From: Podarcis cretensis
Taxonomy: Eukaryota
DNA length: 64,000 bases
NCBI GenBank assembly: GCA_951804945.1
Contig: OX638158.1
Span: 31,930,001-31,994,000 of the forward strand
Reading direction: 5' to 3'
Positions within the stretch are counted from its first letter, which is position 1. Every line of letters starts with the position of its first letter. The notes under the pieces were generated by a model, which did not search any database, had not been told where the DNA came from, and saw nothing but the letters and a program-made list of their open reading frames with translations. Below, piece after piece: positions 1 through 12,725 of this stretch. Both the position numbers and the translations under genes were made by a program.

Positions 1-3000
1 GGACATGAAACACATGAATAGTGGCTCTGGAGTGATGCAGTTTCCTTTTCTCAATCTATGGGGCTTGTATGTTTTGGTTCCCAAAGCACCTAGAATTCTA
101 AGTTGCAAACATTTTTATTTATTACCTGATTATATCAGGCCCTCAAGGTCTGAGCCAGCAGAAATTCTTACTGGCTCTTTCTTGGTGGCAGTTGTTTAAC
201 CTAACCCTGGTTTGGGAAAGGTTTTGAATCTGAGAGCAAAACTGGTATGTTTACCTAAAGATGCTTACAGCCAATAAAAAATCAATATAGATTAACAACA
301 AAGTTGCAAAGCAACAACACTGTCTTTCAAATGGATGCAAATATGTATTTGATCAACACAGTTATAGGTGGCAGTTTAGAATTTGATTTCATATGGTTGT
401 ATCCAATAGTAGCTTTGCTGTATTGAAAAGTGTTTCTGCTCTCAAGATAGGGAACATACCTTTTACTGATCCCACTACCTTCTGCAGACCTTAGTGCCAT
501 ATTTCATAGAAAGGCTGGTCAAATAACTAGATTTAAACTGGCTAAACTTAAAGGTGCAAATATAATCCTCATTAATTTATTGATCACCTTCTTAAAAACC
601 ATCTCAAGGTGATGTATAATTAAAACAAGTTATAACACAAAAATAGCATATTCATTTAAAACAAAAACGAAATCAAGCAATGTAGACAGTTATGATATAG
701 ACCAGTTAATGTTGCTGGTAAAACCTGTTGGTACAAACATGTCACTTATTTCAGGAAAGTACAGGTAGAGAGGGTGCCTGTTGTATCTTGAGAGGAATTC
801 TATTCCACAGAGTGGGGACAGCCACACAGTGCTCCGAGTTACTGCAGAGTGGGCTTCTGAGATCTTTGGAACTTGCAGGAGAAACTTAACTGCAGGCATT
901 TTCAGATAGCCAAATAGCAGTTAGAAAGACAGTGACCCTGCTACCAGATCTAGCTTTGTGACTTTAAGCCCACAAAATGCAGTGCTGCAACCTTTCATCA
1001 GCTGAAGAAGCTTCATAATTCTGTAATGAGAATTTCAGTTCCTAAAGATTAGTTGGCTTATGTAAACAGATTTTAAGAAAACTATTTCTTTATTACCAAA
1101 AGTTCTTAAGAAAAACTGCAGGTGTCAGGCATAATTTGGGGGCATAACTTTTTTCTTCAGAAAGGCAAATCTTCTAGGATAGTGCCGCCTGTAACATATA
1201 GGCACGAATAATCTGAACACTGAATGTCTTTCCCTTAAACAGTTTCATTCTATGCAAACATTTACAGAGCTAAATTTTAATGCACTTTTATTCAAAATGC
1301 ATTTTTTAGTATTGTGCGTTCTTACTCAAGCAAATCCATTGAACAAAGTAGAACTACTGATAAATGTACGTATCATTGCAGGCTTAGTCTGTTGGCTATA
1401 CTTCACAAGATTGATAAACCCTACTAAGATTTCTTTAATAGCCTGACAACTTTAATAATATAATAATACTTAACATGTGAAAATTCAGTTTAATGTGCAA
1501 TTGGAGTATACTGTCTTCACTTCCTGAAATTTACTTGAGTGGTAATTGGAGAAGCAAAGAAAATTGTTTAACGTGAATTGTAGATATGGTTTTGCTCTGC
1601 TTCTGTCAGTTTTAGCAGAAAGGACACTCTTTTTGGCTTGGACACCCCCCATTTGTAATGTATGTTCTTCAGCTAGCTGAAGAGCCTATTAGAGGCAAAT
1701 CTGAAATGGAGGCTGAGACTCAAGAGTGTATTCAACTGGTTTGGCTGTTGGCAGAGAGCCCAAGTTTCACTTTTTGAGGTGGAGTTGGTACAAGCTGACA
1801 ACAAGCATGCTTGATCTGTGTTGTTCTCCAACCAGCTGTTGTTGATACCCCACAACCGAGTCTAGAAAAGTAAACTGGGAACAGGAGGTCTTTGAGGGGT
1901 CTAAAAATGAAAAGTGTGAAAGTATTTTGTAGCCTACGTATAGCTGAGCTTCATCTTCAAATGAAATACTTGGCTTCTTTTGTATGGCAAAGCAAAATGG
2001 CATGGCTGTTGTGCATATCAGGACGAGCATTTTCTTCTACTTTCATGGGGTTATAATATATAGGTGCTTTATCTGCAGGAAACATTATTGTCAACTAACA
2101 CTTTGTTGTAGAAAGGTTTGATACTTGTGCTTTTATAAAAGCCCTTATCCTGAATTCTAAATACAGTACGTGGAAAGCAGTGGTGTGAATTTCCATTTTC
2201 TAAAATGGATCTAATTTTCCCCAATGCCCTGTTTAAATAAGCTTTACAAATCTGATTATGATAATTGTTGGACTTAGTCTATACTGTACTATATATAGCT
2301 GTCTCAAAACTCTATACCATATAGCACTGTGTACTATAGATGTGGTATAAATGTTAGTAAATCATATTCAAAGCTTTACTAAAAAAAATTTATTACTTGC
2401 AACTATTTTAAGACAATTTAGTGTAATGCACTTTGCTTAAATTTAATTGGGGGAGGAAGCACTGAAAATTGTTAACATTTGCTAATTTTATCAAGCCCAA
2501 ACAGCTGTACATGAGAGAGAGAGAATGAACTGTGTTCATTTACGTTGAAGTGACTTAGTTAGATATAACTGACAGTAGTTTGGAATACTCTGGATTTATT
2601 TTTGTTTTACTTCTGTTCAGGTGTTCAGTGTTTTGTTTTTTAAAAGAGGTGTGTTTCCATCCATTCATATAAATTGGCCTGTTCTGGCTCTAATTGAGCA
2701 CAGTACAATGATTCTACAATCTTCTGGTGTCGTTGAATATACTCTAGAACTCTTGCATTTGAGCTGTAATTTAATTTTATTATGTGTGTGAAAAGGTGAG
2801 TCACGTTTTCTTGAACAGCAGTTAAGAATTATGGATTAGTAGTTACTTGGCATATCATTGGTATACATGAGCTACAGTAAATATCATTGATGGGTGTAGA
2901 ATAACTAGACCTTGATATCTGAACATTATGCAGTCCAAGTGGAATTAAGCAACAACTGCAGTACAAGATCTTGCAGGTAGAACTAGATGAAGTTGGGATG

Positions 3001-3088
3001 TAACTTGGTGGCAAATTTTTGTTTGTACTTTTATTTATTTTTGAATAATTTCAAAGAACAATGTTACAAGACATCCTCTAATAACATA

Positions 3089-3891
3089 CCGTATTTTTCG
3101 CACCATAGGACACACCGGACAATAGGACGCACCTTGTTTTAGAGGGGGGAGAACAAGAAAAAAAAATCTCCCCCTCTCTGCCCAGCGCCCCTTCAGCGAA
3201 GCGGCAGGAGGTGCTGCGCAGAGAGGGGGAGAATTTTCCTCCTCTTGTTTTCCCGCTCTAAAAGGTGCCGTTTAAGGTGCGTTCAGGCGGCTACCTTGGA
3301 AGCCTGGAGAGCGAGAGGGGTCGGTGCACGCGCTCTCCAGGCTTCAGGTTCCTTTCGATTTGCTCTTTGGGGCTGACGGGGGAAGCCCACCACCAGCCCC
3401 AAAGAGCAGGTCAGGGAGCAGCGGAAAGGCGCAGCGGAGAGGCTGCTGCCATAGTTGCACATCACTTCTCCAGCTGGGAGAGAGTAAGTGGGGCTTCTTT
3501 AGCCCCACACGGCTCTCCCGGCTAGAGAGGTGGCGCGCGGCTAAAGAGGCTCCTGCCATAGCCAGGAGAGGGTCGCGGGGGGGGCGCTGCTTTAGCCCTG
3601 GGTGCGCTCTCCCAGCTGGAGAGGTGACACGCGGCTATAGAGGCTCCTGCCATAGCCGCGCGTCACCTCTCCAGCCAGGAGAGGGTTGAAGGGTGCTTCT
3701 TTAGTCCTGCGCGAGCTCTTCCGGCTGGAGAGGTGACACACGGCTATAGAGGCTCCTGCCATAGCCGCGCGTCACCTCTCCAGCCGGGAGAGGGTCGCGG
3801 GGCTATGGCGTCTTCGCTCCATAGGACGCACACACATTTCCCCTTCATTTTTGAAGGGGAAAAAGTGCGTCCTATAGAGCGAAAAATACGG
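3089..3891. mobile_element. Non-autonomous Tc1/mariner-pogo-type DNA transposon with internal GC-rich repeats
   Basis: TIRs CCGTATTTTTCGC...GCGAAAAATACGG, TA on both sides, subterminal ATAGGACGCAC repeats. Confidence 0.88.
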
Positions 3892-4005
3892 TAAATATAC
3901 AACCACGTGTGAAAGGGAAATGTCAGGATGAAATTGGGATTAATCTCTGATTAGGTTCACAATAGGAAGTGTGCACAGTTTGAACCTGGGACACCTTGTA
4001 CACAA

Positions 4006-4142
4006 CCCCTGGCATTTCTAGGTAGGGCTGGAAAAGGCTACTGTCTGAAATGTTGGAGAGCCACTGCCAATCAGACTGTAGATGATAAAGACCTAGCAGC
4101 AGCAATGGTTTGACTTGGTCTAAGGCATTTTCCTATGTTCTT
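4006..4142 (+). mobile_element. Degraded squamate SINE (Squam3-like) 3' part
   Basis: ccctggcatttctaggtagggctgg...ggagagccactgcc...aaggcattttcctatgttc resembles the recalled consensus. Confidence 0.55.
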
Positions 4143-4409
4143 GTGCACCATATTAGCAACACCAAGGATGTGGAATGTGTTTCGTTTCAGATGTTGTTGA
4201 ACTCCGATTCCCTTCAGGCCCAGCCAGCGTGGCCAGTGATCAGAGTTGGTAGGAGTTGGAAGCCCACATAGAGGGTCTCTTGTTCCCAATCCTGGAATTT
4301 TTGTGTGGTATAAAGGATATGGTTCAAAACTTATATGTATGCAAGAACTGACAAAGTCATAATTGAATAGCATAGTTTCTGGGGCTTCAGTAAAAAAAGA
4401 CATGATATA

Positions 4410-4648
4410 CAGTGGTACCTCTTGATGCCAACAGGATCCATTCCGGAGCCCTGTTCGCATCCTGAGTAGAACGTAACATGCGTGTGCGTGGGTTGCGTTT
4501 CACCGCTTCCACAATGCGCGTGACAGCATTTTGAGCACATGCGCGAGTGGCGAAACCCGGAAGTAACTCGTTCTGTTACTTCCGGGTCGCCGCAGAGCAT
4601 AACCTGAAAACGCTCAACCTGAAGCATATTTAACCCGAGGTCTGACTG
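4410..4648. mobile_element. Tc1/mariner (Tigger-like) MITE
   Basis: TA|CAGTGGTACCTC...GAGGTCTGACTG|TA imperfect TIRs with TA TSD. Confidence 0.8.
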
Positions 4649-4945
4649 TATTTGATACATAAATGAACTCCAAGAAAGGACACATTTTGATCCATTGATT
4701 TACATGTTGGCATTGTCTAACAGGTGTTTTGGCCACTTAAGGATTCAAAATGCCACATATTAAAATGAACTGAAAAGTTTGGCTTTGCAATAATAAACCT
4801 CCTTAACTCTTGGTAAATACTGAATTTAATTCAAATGCTGTAATCTTATATGTCTGGGGAAAGTCCATCTTATCTTGTCCTTTATTTTTTCTTGATGATG
4901 GCTCACATGTCTTTTCTTAGAGCAAACATGCTAGAGTAGCCTGCA

Positions 4946-5065
4946 ACAGTGTTTGAAATTAGCCAGGCACATTTTGCACCTGGCTATCAGCCACTTGTGA
5001 CCAAGTAAAGAAGCCTAAATGTGAGGATGGCGCCTGACATTTCCACCATCTGGAGGTGCATGCCT
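4946..5065 (+). repeat. Old interspersed repeat, copy 1 (second copy at 12602..12725)
   Basis: Both copies share GAAATTAGCCAGGCAC...CATTTTGCACCTGGCTATCAG...GGATGGC-CCTGACAT. Confidence 0.7.
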
Positions 5066-6546
5066 CAGGATCCTTGGATTTTGATTGTTTTCACACACTA
5101 ATAAGACATCCTGTAGAATTCTATAAGTTTTATTTTATCTACAAAATCAGAATGAATTTCAGGAACCAACATGCTTTATCTGTGCAGCCTGAGCAGGAGC
5201 AGTGAACAATGTTATAGTTAATTGTTGTAGCTTCTCTTCACCTACCCTACTTACATTATGAATGGTCTGTGTCACCATTAAGAAAAAGAGGTAAGAATAG
5301 GCCTATATGTTTGTGTGAAATGTCCCTGGATAAAGTGGCTATTCCTCCTTAAGTTCACAAAGTTCTGAGTTTCTAACACTGGTTTATAGTGGGAGTGTGG
5401 TCAGTTTGGGCTTTTAAAATGCACATGCTGCAGACTGAATTTAACAGGGGAGGTGGAGTAAATTGCATTCTTGAAACAGAAGTTTCCAATGCCATCTGCT
5501 CTGTTAGCATCTATAGAGAATTTTCCAAATTTGAGTATTTAGAGGATCAGTTTGCTGCCAAGAACGTGTGTGGAGAACCACCCCCTCCCAAATATAGGAG
5601 CTTCTACTACTCATTGTTATGTTTAATCGGTGAATGTGAATATTGTCAGTTCCCTGAGCAATGACTGAAGAATAAATATCCCAAGTTTATTTTAATTGTT
5701 GTTGTTGTTTATTAAATTGATATAGTTTTCTTCAACCAAAGATCACAGAGTGGTTCGCAACATAATATGGCCTTAACTGGGATTTAACAATCGGCCTGCT
5801 TATAGTACCCTGTAAGAGAGCCAGTGCATTGAACAGATCTTCTCTTCACATCTCAGCCATATTACACTTAATGGTAGTCGGCTACGCTGGTGCAATGACA
5901 TTGATAATTTAGTTAGAGGCTTGGAAGAATGGCTCATGAAGATAGTTTAGTTATGAATCCAAATGGGTACACTTTACAAACATTAAACTTAAAATCTGTT
6001 GATATTTTGGAATCGTAAGAGTTGCAAGGGACCTTGGTGGTCATAGCATTTATCTCTTGAGTTTTACTTGTGAATCTAGGGACTGCTGATAGTCCATAGT
6101 GAGTTTTCACATGAAATCATGAATGGAAGAGAATGCTAGAGGTTATTCCCAGACCAATCAAATATTAAAAAATAATAGGATTATAACAATTGTGCACAAG
6201 CTTTCTCAACTGGATAAATGGGTCTTTGCTGTATCTACTTTATATTATTTGAGTTTTGTTTTAAATGTGTCTGCTGTGTTTTGTGCTTTTAACTGTCTTT
6301 TCACTTTTCATTTTTATTATCTTGTGCATAACTTTGAGATGATTGTGCAGAAGGCTACTTAAAAATTAATGACAATAATAATATAAATTGGCCACAAAGT
6401 TAACAGCCAGCCAAAAATAGTACTCAAAAGAGGGGCTGATGGAAGATGGATAGAATATTTGCCAGCCCCTGCTCTGGGTAAAAAGCAGAGTGAAGAATTC
6501 TACAGGCTAGAAACACAGTAGGCACCAAGCCTTTTGTGTTCCTTTA

Positions 6547-6754
6547 CAGTGGTACCTTGGTTTGCAACTGCTTTGGATTACAACCATTTTGGATTACAAA
6601 CACATCAAACCCCTTTTTTGGGATTCTAACCCATTTTTTTTTACAACACATTTTTTGGGGGGAGGCCCCATTTGCGAAAGCGCACCTTGGGTTACAAACT
6701 GTTTTGGTTCACAACCGGACCTCCGGAATGGATTAAGGTACCAAGGTACCACTG
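6547..6754. mobile_element. Tc1/mariner (Tigger-like) MITE
   Basis: Perfect 14-bp TIR CAGTGGTACCTTGG/CCAAGGTACCACTG with TA TSD. Confidence 0.9.
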
Positions 6755-7505
6755 TACCTTATGTCTTGAAAATAAAGACTCGTTCTGCAAATCCAGCAAA
6801 CAAAGCAAATGGACTAGTGGCAGAGGCATGAGTCACTGCACACCTCCCTGTTCTTCCTTTTCCTACTTATGTAGCATAGAGGTACTACAGGCTGATGGCA
6901 GAGGAATGAAGTGCTTCATTTCTCTGCCGCCAGCTCTCTTGCTTTCTAGGATGGACAGGTATTAGGGAGCTTGACCTCTAGAATCCAGTATGAAAATTCA
7001 GTGGGCTGGCAGTGGTGCGTTGAAATGTTTCATCTCTTTGCCAGCAGTCCACTTGATTCCTGTGCACAGCATACTGAGCACCTTCCCACCTCCTATGCTC
7101 TAGCAAATGAAAACTTTAAACATTCTTTAAAAAGCAATAATAAACTCTAACCAGTCACTCTGAAGTTGGCTACAGCAACTACCAGAGGAACAACATATTG
7201 TGCCTGCCAGTTTATGTATAACTTCATGATCTATGCTGTCAAGGTAGATCTAAACCTATGTAGTCTTAATTTTCAGGGTTGCCTATGTGGCATGTTTTGA
7301 GGTACACAAACTGAAGACACAAGGATGACAGAGCAAATGGGATGACTTAGCAAGTGCCGAACACCTTGCAATTGTCTTCTGTTCCCCAGTAGAAGGATAG
7401 TAGAGAGGCTCCATTCTCCACTGATGTAACCAAACTTGTGTGTTCAGTTATTTTTCCATGCTTCTCTATGTTTGAGGCTAAGGAACACAGATTCCCCATT
7501 ACTAC

Positions 7506-8407
7506 TAGGCCTGGGTGATATATCGCCCAAGACCGGTATGAGGAACAGGCCGCGATGTCTGCTTCACTCAGCGGTATTTCGCTGAGTGAAACAGCCATCC
7601 CACTTCGTTCTCATATGACAGAGAGCTGTATCTGTGAAGTGCATCTTTAAACTGCCCGACTGAGGAGTGTGCAGTTGCCCTTGCATCAGTCGAGCAGTCA
7701 AAGGAGCCCCCAGCCCTGCGCTAACTCCCGCAGGCTGGCGGTGCTGTGAAACTGCTCAGCTGAGGATAGCGTGATTACTGCTCCCCATAGCGAGCCATTA
7801 AAAGAGCCCTGATGCTCTGCCCACTCACGGGCGTTCCCTCCCCCAGCTGAGTGGCACAAAGCAGCTCCAATGCTATTGCTGCTCACACGAGAGAGCACCG
7901 GGGCTGTGAGAGCTGGGGCAGTTTCAGCTGGTGTCTCGTTGGCAGAGGCCAATGCATCTTGTTTTTTCAACATTGTGGTATATCGCCAAACTGCGATGTT
8001 TGGCTGGCAATACACCGCTATGTTGAAAAGCGGATGATGATGATGATGATGACGACGACAACAACAACAACAAATTTATTACCTGCCCATCTGGCTGAGT
8101 TTCCCCAGCCACTCTGGGCAGCTCCCGATCGAGTGTTAAAAACAATACAGCATTAAATATTAAAATCTTCCCTAAACAGGGCTGCCTTTAGATGTCTTTT
8201 AAAAATAGGACAGCTGCTTATTTCTTTGACATCTGATGGGAGGGCGTTCCACAGGGCGGGCACCACTGCCGAGAAGGCCCTCTGTCTGGTTCCCCATAAC
8301 TTCGCTTCTCCAGTGAGGGAACCGCCAGAAGGCCCTTGGCGCTGGATCTCAGTGTCCAGGCTAAACGAAGGGGGTGGAGATGCTCCTTCAGGTATCTCCC
8401 AGCTCTA
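7506..8407. mobile_element. Non-autonomous hAT transposon containing a nested LINE fragment
   Basis: TIRs TAGGCCTGGGTGAT / ATCTCCCAGCTCTA; exact 8-bp TSD ATTACTAC at 7498-7505 and 8408-8415. Confidence 0.85.
8033..8393 (-). mobile_element. L2-type LINE 3' fragment
   Basis: Minus strand ends AATAAATTT plus a (GTT/GTC/ATC)n tail; body resembles lizard L2 3' ends. Confidence 0.7.
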
Positions 8408-9105
8408 ATTACTACTACTATACTACAGAATTATGTCTGTTTTATATTCACCTCAACTTATTAGCAGTGTGACCTTTTAGGGGGTGGCATCAGTTGTCTC
8501 TACTGGAGAACAGGGTATGTTGATGAGTATTAGATAATGTAAAAGATAATGATATCAGAAAGTTTTGGAAGGGAATTTCCAGTATGTTACAGGAGTGCAT
8601 AGAATAGACTCTTCCACTGTAGCCATCTAGGTTTATTTAACTGATGCTGGTTTCTTAATTATGTTCGTACCTGCTACTTTGTCTAAACCACAGATTTCCT
8701 CTTTTAAAAACAATGTGCTTGTTTTCTCTGCAACTAAAATCTCTGTGTAAAATGGACTGTGGCCAGCAGAGCTTTCTTATAATTTCCAGTAGAGATTTCC
8801 TGCTATCTAGGAACTCTACTAGCAAAATAGTATTAAATGAACTTACTTGGACAAGTAGATAAGATCTGAGACATAGAAAATCTTCCTGTATAAAGAACCA
8901 GTCATTGAAAATTACCTGCTCTGGTAGACCACACTTCTGAAAGAGGCACAGAGATTGTGTATTTTATTTATAATGGGCAGGGGTCCACCAGCTTGGAGCC
9001 GGGGAGAAGAGCAGAGCCTTGTTGCTTCAATTTCAAGTGAAAACTCATGCATTTTTTTGATAACTGTTTAAAGATTGTCATGATTTAGACCAGTCCAACA
9101 TTGTA

Positions 9106-9142
<37 letters not shown>
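9106..9142. repeat. (AAT)n microsatellite
   Basis: About 12 perfect units. Confidence 0.95.
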
Positions 9143-9143
<1 letters not shown>

Positions 9144-10201
9144 CACCACCACCACCATACGGAGGAATTCAGCTTCATGCTGTAATGATTGTTCTATCAG
9201 TGCATGCATTTCTGCTTGTCAGGTTGAACTGTCCCTTCTCCACCCCCCCGTGCAATGTTCTAGGGATTCTCTTGACTCGCCAGAGTAGATTTGGTGGAGC
9301 AGGTGAAGCCCCAGTGTGCTAGTGGGAGACAATTTGCTGGCTTCCACTAGCATGTTAGGTTAGGTGATTCTAGGGTGTAGTATCCACACATGTCAGGAGA
9401 ACTGTTGGATTACTATTCAACAGCTAATAGTGAAAAAGTCAATAAATGTAGAAAACATTAATTTAGGCAGCTGCCAGATTCAGCTGTGTTTTCCATATAT
9501 ACTCACGTGTTCTGCTTATTTTGTGTGTATATATATATATGCCCATTTGACAGCTTCAGTCTGGAGCACTGACACTGTTACAGGTGATTCATAATACTCA
9601 TTCTGCACTTGTAAAAATTTTACATTTAGGAACTATCAATAATTGTATTTTATATTTTTGTGATTTGCTTAGAGGTTTTCTTAGATGAAGTGATATATAA
9701 TTCTTTGTTAAACAATTAATGGCTCGGGTGTTGCTTTGATATAAAATCTTTAATCTGCCAAACCATTGAGACATTCTTTCAAATCTTCAGTTTCTTCATG
9801 ACCTATGATCAGAATCAGGTTCAATATTCAGATTGTAAAATTGAAGGTGTGCCTTTGGATCATAAGCATTCAAGGATAAATTAACTTTTGAGGTGCTCAG
9901 TCAATATAATTCAATATCTGGAGGAATATATATATGAAATGCTTGATTTAAAATGAAGGGAAAATGGAAAGTATTGAATGATAGCAAAATTTTATTAATT
10001 GTCAGTACAACCAATATTGAATTGGGATTTGGAAAGAGATGGATAGTATTAAGAGGGTATATGTAGATCAGAATTTGTTAATACTTTACAGTTTGTTGAT
10101 ATTCCATTCCTTGAACCAAACAGTAGTTAACCATAGTGTATACCATGAAATGAACAGAAGAAAATGAAAATATTCCTTAATTGTCATTCTTTAATTTCTA
10201 G

Positions 10202-10378
10202 ATGGGAATGATGAACAACCCCGGTCCTTATGTACCACCATACAGCCAGAATCCTGGACAACCAATTGGAGCCAGTGGACTTGGTCCCCAGATGCAAAAT
10301 AAGCCTGTATTACCTAACAGTTTACCCCAGTTTCCAATGGACAAGAAGCCAGTGCCTGGTCCAGTAATGCCTAATATG
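10202..10378 (+). CDS. EP300: EP300 exon 3 (177 nt)
   Basis: ttctag|ATGGGA...AATATG|gtaggt; MGMMNNPGPY...MPNM. Confidence 0.95.
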
Positions 10379-12601
10379 GTAGGTAGTAACTTCTATTTCA
10401 AATTATTGTAGAGCTAGTTCAAGATATACCAGTATTTTGTCTTAAAGGCTTCCATATTGTGCCAAATCATGAGAAATAAGGCTATTCAACCTAGAGGAAA
10501 AAAGCATCTTAATTGAGTTTTAATTTCTTTTGAATGGCATTTCTACTTGAACCATATCTCCTTGTCTTTTGCATAACTCTCATATCTACCCTTTCATCAT
10601 CTGAATTCTAGCCTTTTAGGGGGCAGACAGTATACTATTTCCATCCATATATTGGAGGACATATAGAAATAACAGTCTGTGATGTGTTCTGAAACTGTGT
10701 TCATGTGCTTGTTGATAATATGAGTGGAAGGTTCAAGGGGAAATGGGATATAGGAAGAAATGGATGACATAACATTACTTTTTGTTGAAAACTAACTTTA
10801 TGTGAGTTCACATAGGTGCATTGTCATAGCAGGATGTAAGATGTATTTGATGAGGAGTGATTGCATCGGTTCATTCATTTGCCAATCTATGCTTTGCAGC
10901 CATTGAGCCAACACATTCAGTGGAGCATTGCACCACAGATACACCTGAGCTCCCAATGAGCAGACAGTGTAATGTGCACACACTTAACTTGATTCTTGTT
11001 AATCCTGCCTTCCACAGTGCTGAGCTAGTAACACAGCAGTACAAGAGAATCTCTGTGTACATAGAGATTCCATTCCCAGTAACTGTGCATGTCAGTGGGA
11101 CACACACAAGTCCTTTCTGTCCTATTCTGCCCCCCTTTGGCACCAAAAATGATGCATGTGTCAGTGGTCGTGTGAGTGGGAAGGTGCCTGTACATGCTCA
11201 TAAGGTTCTTAGGATCCCTATTCCCTTCCAGATGATGTGTGCCTTATTGGTATTTTTAACAGCAATTTTTGGGAATGGTGGAGAGGTTGGAGGCAGGGGG
11301 TATCAAGGAACATACTCTTCTTACTGGACAATACAGAGGTGGAGGAGGAGGCAGAATGTAGCTGGGTAAGATGTTGGAGGAGCCAGGCTGGTTAGAACAT
11401 GGAGAGTGTGACACTTCCTTGGAGCTTCCAGTGTCCCTTTCTCCTTGCTGTGGAGTGTGGTGAAGATGGGCAAACTGTGTTACTTGGATTGTGAGGTCTG
11501 CAAAGGCCATGCAGAGCTACCACCTCTCTCTCTGGTGGCCTATATTGGCCTTTTTTAGGTTTCAGTGCTCCATTCTCTGGGAAGTCGGGGGGGGGGCTGG
11601 GCGGTGGGAGATGAAGGCACCACACTGAAAAGCAGGCTGGAGCTGGGGAGGGGAGCACTGAAGAGGCTGTGTAGAGCTGATTCCTGGGTTGTGTATAGCC
11701 TGTCTTAATTTTTCTACCACCCTTGTGGGGATAGAATTGCAGGTATGCATGCAGTATTACTTATCTCATGTTGCATTGTATGTGTGGCCTAAGTGCATGC
11801 ATGGAACCATGCTCTTAAAAAGTGGAAAGCTAAGAGTGTAAGTCAGACCCCCAAACATTCTTAGACTGCTGTTTCTGAATGGCTAGCTGTTGCCAGTAAT
11901 CTTTGTAGCCAAGTGTTGCTCTGTAAAAAGTGGATTTTTTAAAATCTTCGTTCATCATCTTCATCTACTCTGAGCAGCACAGGTGTGTAGCTCTTCACTT
12001 ATTTCAAGCTAATTCTGATTGCTGACTAAAAAGAATGTCTTATGCACCTTATGGTTAAATTGTACATCCCTAGATATTGGCATTTTAAAAGTGATATAAC
12101 ATTGTATAGATCTTAATAGAACTGTGCTGAACTTTTGCCTAAAAAATACTGGGAACAAAGAAGATTAGGAGAAGTCAAAACATCTTACAGTGCTCCTCTT
12201 TGCTTGCTTCCATTATGTACTGTTCACATTAACTTTTAAACCATGTCCAAACCAATTGGGAATCACGTGGGCAGCATGTTGCGCTGCTCATCAGATCAGC
12301 ATGCCAATAAGCAACAGTTGGTTTGGCTCTCAGATCTAATAGATTCCAATAGTGAACTAGTTCACACAATACATTAAACTAGAGCTTATTTTAAAGTATG
12401 TTTTAATGAGTATAGGCAGTATATTCTTCTACTGTTATAACATTCATGTCTATGAATTAGAGTGAGGGCAGAAACATCAGCCTCCCTCTGCAGAGGCTTC
12501 CTGACACTGGCACATAATGAGAATTGACTAACCTAAGAAATTCAAATGTGAGGTGAATTCTACTTACACTCCCCTGAATGGGTAAAATTCCCCCCCCCTT
12601 A

Positions 12602-12725
12602 CAGCATTCGAAATTAGCCAGGCACCATGCTCATTTTGCACCTGGCTATCAGACACTTGCAACTAAGTGAAGATGCCTGGGCATCAGGATGGCACCTGAC
12701 ATCTCTGCCACTAGCTGGCGCACAG
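12602..12725 (+). repeat. Old interspersed repeat, copy 2 (related to 4946..5065)
   Basis: Direct similarity to the 4946 copy. Confidence 0.65.

Noticed and set aside
10857-11369. 170-aa ORF in intron 3
   Set aside because: Non-ATG start, no homology recognised, no supporting splice structure
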